In this document: positions 27,401 through 37,147 of the stretch, one piece after another
Numbering within the stretch: position 1 is the first letter of the stretch
How the letters are laid out: each line of letters begins with the position of its first letter
Assembly (NCBI GenBank): GCA_044892525.1
Contig: CM097886.1
Coordinates: 24,862,001 to 24,926,000, forward strand
From: Schmidtea polychroa
Lineage: Eukaryota
Length of the DNA: 64,000 nucleotides
Direction: 5' to 3'
Notes under the pieces: generated by a model
Told to the model about the DNA's origin: nothing
Databases searched by the model: none
Seen by the model: the letters and a program-made list of their open reading frames with translations, nothing else
Translations under genes and position numbers: made by a program

Positions 27401-30266
27401 TTTTTTCTTAATATGAAAACGAAAGAAACTTATGGGACAACCTAATACATATTATATAATAATGTAAATATTATCCTATAATAAAATGTAAAATTTTGTC
27501 CATTATAAGATTGGGTACATATAAAATTGTCAATTTTTCTTTTTTCCTTTTAATGATTACGCAATATATGTTATTTAAACGCAATACAAAAACCGATTAT
27601 AAATTAATTAGAGTTATAAGTCAATGATTTTTGCAAATGAATTTCATGGAATCTAAAAATGTAATACTAGCGCTGCCTTATTGTATTTTCAATGATATTT
27701 GATCCTTTGGCAATTAATTATTATAAAATTATAGACAAGTAATAAAATGCAAGTTGTTAAATCTGCACTAAAGGCTGGCAATATTAAATTAAATTCCCAG
27801 AAATCGAAAATGTTTACAGATCATTTTCTTTTTACAAATACAGATGATGAAGCATCACCAAATCAATCACAGAAACAGAGATTAATGAAAAATAATTACA
27901 ATGGATTATTCAATACTAAATCAGGCATGTCAAGTATTTATTTGCTACTTATTTATTCTAATTACCTTTCGTCTCGTTTGAATTATCTCTAAAGTAATTT
28001 CCTTGTGGGGAAGAATAAAATGTTCGAATTGGCCAATAATAGCATATTATTTGAATAATTTTCACATTGATATCTGTATAAGGTACAGATATTAATATGA
28101 AAATTATTGAATTAAAAAAATGATGATTTTTTATAGAGAGATATTAAATAAAATAAATTCGGTTTAACTTTAATACTTTTACAATAAACGTGGTAAATTA
28201 AATTCTGAAAACACTGCAGGGTTCAATTTCACGACTATATGATTTATCGAGAAAATAAAGAGATTATTTTAATATACACTTTAACTGGATTGATAATTAT
28301 ACGAAATTATATTGTCAAAAAAATAACAACTTTTTATCATTTTTAAAATAAATCATATTCTGTTGAACTGACTCCGATTGAAAATTGTTTTCTTTATAAA
28401 TGTAGTTTATGACAGCTGTTTGTCGTCACATTACAATCAAATTGTCACAAATGCTTCGTAATTCCTTCTACATTATTAAATAATATTGTTTTCTCTTTCC
28501 CTTTGAAGAATAGTTGTTTTCTTCCTGCAAATCCTCCAAGATAATCTATTAAATAAGTAAAACTGTTAAAGTTTGCCAAATATTATCATCCGTGATTGAC
28601 GCAGTTGTTAGAAAGTAGAATTTAATTGTACATAACTTTTCTTAATACTTACTTTTGATTATATTTTTAAGATATAATAGGTGGTGATTAAAAATTCACA
28701 TGTGTCCAAAGGTAATGCTAGTTACACGTTGTTTTATTGGTATATTGGAAACCGTATCTGAAGATCTTCCCACTTTTCGTGTCACATAATATCAGACCAT
28801 CTGCAATTTCCACTCGAAATGGTAGCAGTGTCATGTTTATTGCGGTTCTGTTGGCAGTTTCATCTATATAGAACAGTGTTGTCCAAAGTTTTTTGAGCCA
28901 CGGCACACTTGGCTGCATTAAAATTTTTCGCGGCACACCTAAATTCTTTTTTGCTTTATTTGCAATTTTTTATTGCACTTTTACTAATCTTTTAATAAGA
29001 AATGAAAAACTTATAAACTAAAAAATATTATTATTTAATATTTAAGATTCTAAATAAACATAATTAAGCTGCTTACGTATTTTAGATAGTCAATATTTCT
29101 AGTAAGAAATATAAATATGATTGTAAACAAATAAATTTCGCACTTAATTGACTGATTAACATTTAAATTAGAAATAACTGTTAAAATATCCACAATTCAA
29201 TTTCCTTTTATTAAGTTGTTTGGAAAATCAGGGTTTTTTGACTTTTAAAAAAAAATTCACGGCACACCTGGGCACCCGCCACGGCACACAGTTTGGACAA
29301 CACTGATATAGACCCTAAGAATTGACCATGCAAATATTTATTAGATGAAACACTATTCGCAAACAGAATCTTTCCCCCTTTATATTTATGCGATATAATT
29401 CTACGAGTTTATCATGATGATCAACACCTCCCATAAACATATTGGGTTTTTTCACGATGGCTGGTCGTTGAATATAAATATATTCTCTCTGAGTTACTGA
29501 CCATTCTTTGATGGCGTCAAAAATGAATTTGTAGTACATTTAGCTCATCATTTCATTCCGTAATCATTCCTCTTGATTAGATAGTTGTATGGAGCCATTA
29601 TCAATTGATATTCCAACGACTAACACAACCAGCAGTTGTGACTCAGTAGATTCCAGTCAAGTACGTCCTTTATCAGTTTGTTCCCATCAATCACCAACTC
29701 CGGTGCCACTATCAATGAAAAAGATTGGAAAAGATAAACCATCTACAAAGAAAGGCATGTTTTTCCTTTATATATTTATAATTTTATTTTCATAATTTAC
29801 GTTCATTTTATTTACAATTTTTATCATTGTAGTCGATTTAAAGCCAATAACTTCTCCAGTGAAAGACAAAATAAAGTTAACTCAATCAACCCAGCCGCTA
29901 AATGAGTCTAATTCACAGCATTTAAACGAAAAATCGGATCAATATATTAAAATTACAAATAATAGCAACAAATTACCATCTCCTGTTAAACAAGTTTCAC
30001 CAGTAAAAGTCAAACCTCAAAAATCTGGACTTGACAAACCAATGTGGGAATGGAGTGCAAATGATGTCGCTGAATTCGTCAAGCAAACTCCTGGTTGCGA
30101 TAATTACGTATCGATGTTTTTAAATCACGAAATAGATGGAGAAGCATTGCTTCTTTTATCAAATGATAATCTTATACAAGGAGCTTTGAATATGAAAATT
30201 GGACCAGCTCTTAAACTTTGCGCTAGAATTGAAAAAAGAAAAGCTCTTGATCCGCCACAACAATAA
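6488..30266 (+). CDS. ph: Polyhomeotic-like (PRC1 PHC family) protein. Exons 6488-6836, 7424-7583, 8848-8999, 14071-14595, 19501-19630, 24830-25148, 27735-27924, 29581-29754, 29833-30266
   Basis: The exons join in compatible phases and total 2433 nt (811 codons). Q/N/P/S-rich N-terminus, HD1 motif KILVHYLDDLIVFESDEPFP, and a C-terminal Ph/Scm-type SAM domain (WSANDVAEFV...HEIDGEALLLL...MKIGPALKL). The 5' end is unresolved: either an upstream exon or the ATG at ~6524. Confidence 0.85.
9034..10190 (-). mobile_element. Internally deleted Tc1/IS630-like (DD34E) transposon
   Basis: ~150-bp TIRs beginning CAGGGTTATTCCC and containing 21-bp tandem repeats; TA on the right flank, CA on the left. ORF 9597-10028 has DNVRFH...YSPDLNPIE with 34 residues between D and E. 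Confidence 0.9.
10320..10523. repeat. Near-perfect ~200-bp palindrome (fold-back MITE-like)
   Basis: ~97-bp inverted arms around a 7-nt loop (CTTCTTT, 10418-10424). Confidence 0.85.
10851..11414 (-). mobile_element. Possible degenerate solo LTR interrupted by a hAT MITE
   Basis: Ends ...CCCAACA on the minus strand with AATAAA upstream; the 5' TG is altered and no TSD was found. Confidence 0.3.
11066..11323. mobile_element. hAT (Buster/Charlie-type) MITE
   Basis: TIRs CAGGGGTGCGGAACC / GGTTCCCCACCCCTG; perfect 8-bp TSD CACTAGCG. Confidence 0.95.
14624..15166 (-). mobile_element. Non-autonomous Helitron
   Basis: On the minus strand: 5' TC start, 3' CTAG end preceded by a GC-rich hairpin (CGGGCGAAGCCGGG), inserted between A and T. 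A second copy of the 3' part lies at 53404. Confidence 0.85.
15502..15635. repeat. 32-bp minisatellite, ~4 copies
   Basis: Unit ~AATACAAGAATATTATTAGAATCAATAACACA. Confidence 0.8.
17440..17595. mobile_element. hAT (Buster-type) MITE
   Basis: TIRs CAGGGGTGGGCA / TGCCCACTCCTG; perfect TSD ATATAGAC. Confidence 0.95.
17680..19083 (-). CDS. Intronless RING-HC finger protein (467 aa), putative E3 ligase, nested antisense in ph intron 4
   Basis: Uninterrupted ATG-to-TGA ORF. N-terminal C-x2-C...C-x-H-x2-C-x2-C...CPFD RING, followed by a long helical-looking region I do not recognise. Confidence 0.8.
   Translation of the reverse strand: MDDIEECLVCYSQLTDATSIEFRNCRHLICRNCAKKWMIIKQTCPFDILPVKSLSFKKETGETLIDIKDFTILSNMEKNQDIDDNFNSIFDDSIKILHLMTPKPVVYVSGNLIKHSQSLTTETPDLVFNEIIAKILENSKNDIELLNTFSELFTSLNSNFSKNITIFMESTLVKMKNLFIGFYRFHQFVRTDFFINAWKRILDLMVECINCQRKEVINQEQTIIYLYKLSQQLERYNQKYDNHVKLMRMLLEENLVFIKNLLAKHMDNLFPNLSTKYDRINSCLSTIPSGNAEIECQKENLLNRAEEIVNSGNLKKNLKFIFHELKKIIISTKKIFKNSPQPECLSIERKLICLELYFYQFDCDEALAIVYSNQIFNQDNFQQNPNVLKDMDIRMLKITKNVSLAMQYNIENYESNNLSIFSANIKFDISIKMSNLKNDCRKYKDSKQVTIQEDIIKSLQSLRHALY
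23036..23258. mobile_element. piggyBac-type MITE
   Basis: TTAA|CCCTTTCAAT left end and ATTGAAAGGA(T)|TTAA right end. Confidence 0.55.
24096..24768. mobile_element. MULE/Mutator-like fold-back non-autonomous element
   Basis: Long imperfect inverted ends built from ~15-bp AAAACATCGAGT-type units; 10-11-bp direct repeat ACATTTTTAC(G) on both flanks. Confidence 0.75.
26380..26490 (+). mobile_element. Tc1/mariner-superfamily transposase fragment
   Basis: Translates to ...VIFSDEAHFHL...VNK, the first catalytic Asp motif. Confidence 0.5.
26638..27445 (+). mobile_element. Internally deleted mariner (DD34D) element
   Basis: TIRs TTAGGTTGTCCCATAAGT with TA TSD. Remnants include HVMLHCFKKG, WFRRFKAGNF, FLHDNARPH and PHPPYSPVIAPSDYYLF. 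Confidence 0.95.
28760..29539 (-). mobile_element. piggyBac transposase remnant split by a hAT MITE
   Basis: PAIVKKPNMFMGGVDHHDKLVELYR...FHLINICMVNS on one side of the MITE and ...LYIDE...LLPFRVEIADGL on the other. Confidence 0.8.
28874..29305. mobile_element. hAT (Buster-type) MITE
   Basis: TIRs CAGTGTTGTCCAAA / TTTGGACAACACTG; TSD ATATAGAA/ATATAGAC (7/8). Confidence 0.92.
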
Positions 30267-30813
30267 ATTAAATTATTTGCATAGATATATTGTATATAAT
30301 AATTTATAATCTTGATTTTGTTTTTAATAAAATGTTAGATATTTACTTAGCAATTATCAACTGATAAATACATATTAAATATCTATTTTCTTTAGGAAAT
30401 ATCGGACAAATACATATGTTCTTAAGTTATGTATTTTTCTTCAATTTCCATATTAAAATTTATTTTAGTTGACTAAAATGATGTTCATATTTAAACAAGC
30501 TTCAATATAAATTATTTAAACAAATCTTTTCATTTTTTATTATAGTTTTCTTATAATTAAATAATATTAATAATTTTTATTGCTTATATATGTTCAAAAT
30601 AGAATTTTACTATCACGTTATCATTTTCAAAAAGTTTTGATTGAATAAATGGCATTTAATTAAAATTGGTATTAGATTAAAGAAAGAAATCTGCTTTGCG
30701 AAAAGAACGTAAATTTTTTATAATGACACCAAGCCTTTCGGCAGTTAATACTATTAACCCTCTGACCGCGTTTTTCAAATTTCATTTAAAATAATGAATT
30801 TTTAAAAATAATG

Positions 30814-31110
30814 TTAATCATAATTTCCTAGCATCAACGCTAGGATTCTTGTCTTCAACCTGTTTTTCATTGGTTCTTCGTGTATTGGTTGGCACTGTTT
30901 GCATGTATCACATTCGTTCCGTGATAAAACATCAGAATTGACATGTAATTCGCCTTTCCTGTACTCTAAATTCATATCCAAACCACTAAGATGGTTAATC
31001 CACGTCTGAAACTGTGGTGTAATATGTTTTTTGGATTTAAGCATAAATGTTGCCTTGTGATCCGTTCGGAGTATAAATTGCTTCCCATATAAATATTGTT
31101 TATAATGTAA
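30814..31110 (-). mobile_element. Ty3/Gypsy pol fragment (RNase H C-terminus)
   Basis: FILRTDHKA...QFQTWINHLSGLDMNLEYRKGELHVNSDVLSR. Confidence 0.85.
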
Positions 31111-31493
31111 AGTAAAATAATAAATTGCAAGTAATTCTTTTCAATCGATGCAATACCCTAATTGCGCCTGATCCATACGCAATCACTCTTTCATTTCCAT
31201 TAGAATCCAATTTTGATAATACCGCGTTTATTCTGTCAAAGCTTGCTTCAGTATCTAATATAAATTCTTTTTGTAAAAAATCCTGGAAAATTCTTCTTTC
31301 CTTATTTGTAAAAACAATGAATAGTCAATCAAATATTCTAAAACCGTGTTTCTCATGTGCTGACAAAATTGAACAAAATTCAGTGCTAAGGGAAGAGATC
31401 CGACTATTGAGATCAAAAATCGACCGTCTGGAGGGAACCTGATTTAGTCCCCTCCAGACGAAGAAAAGCAACTAAAAGATTCATCGCCTAGAG

Positions 31494-32036
31494 CAGTGCT
31501 ACTCAAAGTGTGGTACCGTACCGGTGCCGGTACGCAAGCAATAGTCTGCCGGTACGCGAAGAGATTTTCAAAGGAAAATAAACAAATGTAAAATTACATG
31601 CCATGAGAAACAGGTGGGTCATGTGACTGATATTTTTTGTTTATTTATCTAATAAGAATACAGCATGGTAGTAATTTAATTGGAAACAGTTATTGTATGC
31701 ACTTTATTAAAAGATTTGACTGATATTTTACTCTATGAATGATTCATTATATGTTTCCAGTATAAATGAATACTATTACGAATGTTCAATTAATATTTTC
31801 TTAGGTGATAAACAATTAATTAAATGGCACAAATAAGCTACCTATTACTGGCACAATGGGAAGACTTGCATGACAATGATTAGTGATCTTAAATTGAATA
31901 AGACTTCATGTCATCATGATTAGTCGTCGCTTTTTTTCCCATTTCCCTCTTGCGATAGCTAGATTGGCTAGTCGGTCCCTGTCGAATAAAAAAAACATCT
32001 GCCGGTACGCCACATCAGAAAGTTTGAGAAGCACTG
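31494..32036. mobile_element. hAT (Buster-type) MITE
   Basis: TIRs CAGTGCTACTCAAA / TTTGAGAAGCACTG; perfect TSD GCCTAGAG. Confidence 0.95.
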
Positions 32037-32085
32037 GCCTAGAGCACTGCCATGATAGCTTAATTACGGAAAGCAGGGCTTAGAG

Positions 32086-32426
32086 CTTTGTTTCCCAACC
32101 TTTTTTAGCTCATGTCCCCCCTAGCTGAATTTTTTTTCTTTTGTCCCCCTATGCAAAACATTTTACAGTTTTTAAAAAATTTCCAACTATTTTTATTGAT
32201 ATAATATAATGAAAAGAATATTTTTTCGATCTATAATAAAAAGACATAAAACTAAATAAGAATTGGATATTAAAATTTCGTAGACTATTCTCGAATTTTA
32301 CTGAAGAAAATAAAGAAAACGTAACTCAAACCTAAAATTAACATATATTCCCTAAAATTGAAATTGACCCCCTGGAAATCGAAATTGCCCCCAAGTGGGG
32401 CGTGGGCCCCACGTTGGGAAACACTG
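32086..32426. mobile_element. hAT (Buster-type) MITE
   Basis: TIRs CTTTGTTTCCCAAC / GTTGGGAAACACTG; perfect TSD GCTTAGAG. Confidence 0.9.
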
Positions 32427-35400
32427 GCTTAGAGGGACTTGATACAAGAGCAATCTCCGGCTTTTAATCAGGTCTATAGTGCACGCGAGCTCCAATCTCG
32501 TATCTAGAGATTTAAAACCACAAAAAGGCGAAAAAATCTTCCGCTCCACCACCAGCCAAACCAAAATCGCCTATCGTGACTACACCAGTCGTCATGCCCA
32601 AGAGGCGAAACTTTTCGAAAGCTGAGAGGAATGCGAAGAAGCGGGCAAGAAAAGCCGCCACCTTAACCCAACCATGTGACACCATCGATACTTCGAAGCT
32701 TACCTTGTAGCTGCCGGACAAGGCACATTTATGTCAGCAGGGAAAAATTAATTTGAACTAGACGCCCTGTTGTCTGATATCGAACAAAATGGTTGGTGAA
32801 GCCTCTCGAAGATTCTGAACGATTCAAATATATATGTGAAATCTTTTCTTATGTTTATGAATTGATATTTTTATCTCATTAATGTAATTTTCTGTATTAA
32901 TAATTTCATTTTAAATGGAAAAAGTTAAATGACACTGGAGCGGCTCGGGTAATTAGTAGAACTATGAGTATTACCACTCATTTACCACGTCGATAAGAAG
33001 ATGATTAGTTGGACGTAAGACTTCTTACGGCCGTTGAGAACCCGCTAGAAACCCAGGGAAAGTAGTTGTAAGTCAGCAGATCACCTACCCTCTCATTTTT
33101 CAACGGCAGTGTACAGTACCAACATGGCGGTTGCCATGGTTACACTGGTCGAAATATCACAAGATCCGTCTGCTAGCACTAATTGAAAAGTTACCCCTTA
33201 AAATTTAAATTAACTTTTAAATTAATATTTAACTCTAAAATACATCACTTCATCAAATAATACTTTGATTGAAATAATTTTTCTTCTACATTATTTTTTT
33301 TAATTTTGTTCTTTCATAAAATTGTTTAAATTAACTTTATTCTGTTTCTATTACTAAAATTTAGTTAATTAGCAATTGTTAAAGTAATATTTTTAATTTT
33401 TATAATAATTTTTTTGTTTCCGTAAAACAATCAATTTGTAATTTTAGATAAGTAAATATAAATATTATCTTTTAAGTTTCTTTTAAAATTAACTTTTAAA
33501 TTATTAAATGCATAATTTTTATTTAAATTATAAGTTGATTTATAAAAATATTTCTTAAATATTCATCTTATTTTTTTTAGTTTTTCATATTTATTTGTAA
33601 ATCATTCAATATTATTGTTTTAATAAACTTTATAGTGTTTTTATTTGTAAAACTGTTAATTCACCAATTGTTAAAGTAGCATTTTTTTGAATTTTAATAC
33701 TCAGAATTTCCTTTGTTTTCGTAAAACAATCAATTTTTAATTTTAGATAATCTTTATAAATCTATTCGGTTTCATAAATGCAATGATTCCTTTCATAAAT
33801 AATCTATAATTCAAAGAACTTTTAGAATGGACAATTTTAATCTAAATTCAACAACAGAGCCTAAAGTTATTAAAATTTTGAAGCGTCCTACATCAACAAC
33901 GCAAAATATTACTACTAAATCTGTAGTTTACAAGTAAAAATTAATTTTATTTATTACTAATTAATGTTTAGTTCTCCCCAAACAAACTATAAATCTTATG
34001 AAACCCGGTCTGAGGAATACATGAAAGCCAGATTACGAATATTAGGTTCTTGTAAAAGTGGAGATTCTGATAAGTTAGATTTAATAGATTATAATAGCCT
34101 GAATTATAAAATCTCTGTTTAATTTTAGTGAAAACGATTTAATAAATATTAACAATTCGGCTTTGACTAAGCATCAGCAAAATTCGTCTATGTCAACTAA
34201 TAATAATAGTAATCAGGGCGTTAACAACTTAAGCACATGTTGATGGATTGTGCTTCTTTCTTTGTTATAAATATACTTTACGACTTGTATTTTGTTCACT
34301 GTTCTGCTGATGCTCATAATAATTATAATCGGTTCATTAATTATTCAAAAATTAATTTTGAATAGATTTAAATGCTAAATGTACATCAGATGAACTTAAT
34401 TTAAAAATTATAAATAATTATTAAAGACATTATGTAATTTTATGATTATTGTTACCAGTTAGATATAATTATCCTGTCACGAATCCTATTAGTTGATAAT
34501 TTATTTTAGATATGTTTTCTATTGGCTAATTTCAAGTCAGTGGTATTGATTGTATGAATCTATTTTTGTTATAATTATTACAATTGGAAAATTATTGAAT
34601 ATTATACAGAGTTGGTTTGAATATGGATATGAATTTTAATTAACTTTTTATCATTGGTTTCATAAAATAAATATGATTGTTATTAATGGAATCAAGATTC
34701 AGACAAAAGAAATTTTTATTGGAGTTTTCAATATCTATATTTTGATCTAGTATAATTATTATGATAATTTGTATCATTTTAGATGTAAAGATTGTTCATT
34801 TCTGTTCCTAAATTTCAAAAATCACTTGTTCCAGTTTCATTACAGATCCTACCACCGATTCCTATGTTTTAGATTGTGTGACAAGGGAAATATTCGAATA
34901 TGGATTTTTATTTATTATGGCAATACTTCAAAATATTTTACAAAACAGTGAAATTAATTTTTATATTTTTGAAATTTCTGTTGAGTTATTATGAGATAGA
35001 TATTTTAAATTAATTACTAATTTTAAAAATAAAAATAAGCACCATTTATAAATATAATCTATAATTCCATTAGTAGAAATTCTAAAAACACGATCGCATG
35101 CATGTGTGCACACACTTGTGCCATACAGTCATAACCACAGGGCAACTATGAAAACGGATATTATATCAATCCAAATCTATCCTCATTTACCAAGCCTACA
35201 AATGTTGGATTGCTTTCTATTAACCCAGAAAAAGGTCTCGTTTGTGATTTAGAAATTACTTTTTTATCCAGATGATATGATTTGGAAATAATGTAAAAAC
35301 AAATTTGAAGTGCCGCATCAGTGAGCTTTTAGAAATTTAAAAAATTATTGATAGATAGTTGTGATATAAATACTGACTGATTTTTCAATCAAATAATCCA

Positions 35401-37147
35401 AAATATTGCCTCAAACAGTTTCAATTAAAACAAAGAAATGGTTTATTTGACTCAGTTGTATTCATTAACTTTATAAGAAACATACAGAATTAACAGCTTT
35501 ATAAAGATTTCAAAGATAATAGCTTGTTATTTGTTATAATAAATCAAGTTTTATTCACGAATGTTATCTATGTTATTCATAGAAATTTAAATTTATTGCA
35601 ATTTCAACAAATTTTCATTTATAATTAATTTATTTTTGGACTATAAATGAATGCTTTTGTGGTAAATAAAAAAACACTGATTTGTAGTCCAGAACTAATT
35701 GAAGATAATGAAAACAGATCACAGATTGAAAAAGATAAATGACGTAACTGATAATGTTTATAAATCTATTGAAATGTATCAAATAGAATCTCAGATTTTG
35801 CACCCCCAACTTCACTTATCAAGAAAGTCAACATAAATTAAAATAATAACAAATATATAAGCAAGGCTCTATGTGGTATATAATTATCACCAAACAAATT
35901 TCAAGGTCACGGCCCTCTTCCTATTAACACTGAAGTTTGTGATAATAAATATTAGTTTGTCATTTGATAGGGCCCAAACAATTTAATATTCATTTATGTC
36001 CATATCCAATTATAACCTGAACCCTCTAATTGTGAAATGGCAACATCAAAATGGTCATCACCTGTAGAAATGGCAGCAACTTTTATTGTTGTGGACATTT
36101 TTTAATTATGAAATCTTTGTTAAATAGTTAGTAAAAATTTGAAATTTCAAAACCACACAAAATTATTAGAGATTTTTGTCGTGCATAATTTCATAACTGT
36201 TGCCAAAATAAATTCAGTTTATACTCTTGTTATGTAATACTGATTACGTCATATCATATGTTGAATTGCAGCCAATTGCAGTTCATTTGAAATGCGCTTC
36301 GTGAAACGGGAGCGTGTGCTACATGTCCAGAAATTATTGGTCATTGAAAGATTACAAAATGCAATTTTTATTAATTTATAATATTAAATGATATAAAATT
36401 TCATACATTTTACTTCATATAGCGCACAATTGTTTATTCACTGAACGAATCAGAAAATTTTTAATTTGAAATCAAACGGCGAAAAAATTGAGGAAATTAT
36501 AACAAAAACATTAAAACATTAAATTTTTTTCAAAAACATTATTACAATTACTTAATAATTGTTTAATTTCACTAACGTAAACATTGCTTCTAGATACCTC
36601 AAAAGCAAGAAAGTAAAGAGCTGCTACTGAGTACGAAATGTAAAGAAACCTGAGTCCACAAGTAAAGAAATACGAGTCATCTCTGCCGTTGACTTGTGGT
36701 CACGTTGCGATTTGATACATCCATTCTTTTTGTTTTTATCTCTGCAATTCATTTTTATCAACTGTTAAATAAAATGGTATTTGAAATTATATTAGATTTC
36801 CATGCTTCATATATTATATTAGGTTAACCATTATAATTAATGTGTATGAATGCCAGCATGTCTAATTGATTATTTGGATTCTCAGATTATGTCACTGTTT
36901 ATTATTTATCCATATAGATATATATAGTACATATTGTTGGGATAAAGGTACAAAATAAAACGGAAGCATAATAAAAATTAATAAAAACACCAAAATAACA
37001 AAAGTGCAAAAATTTATTAAAATATTTGTAAAATGTAAAAACTTATATCGATCAGGAAAAATGAGTATGGTTGAATCCTAAATCTTGAGACGAATCCAAA
37101 AACAATAATAACAATAACAAAAAAAAATTAAAAAAAAATAACAAACT

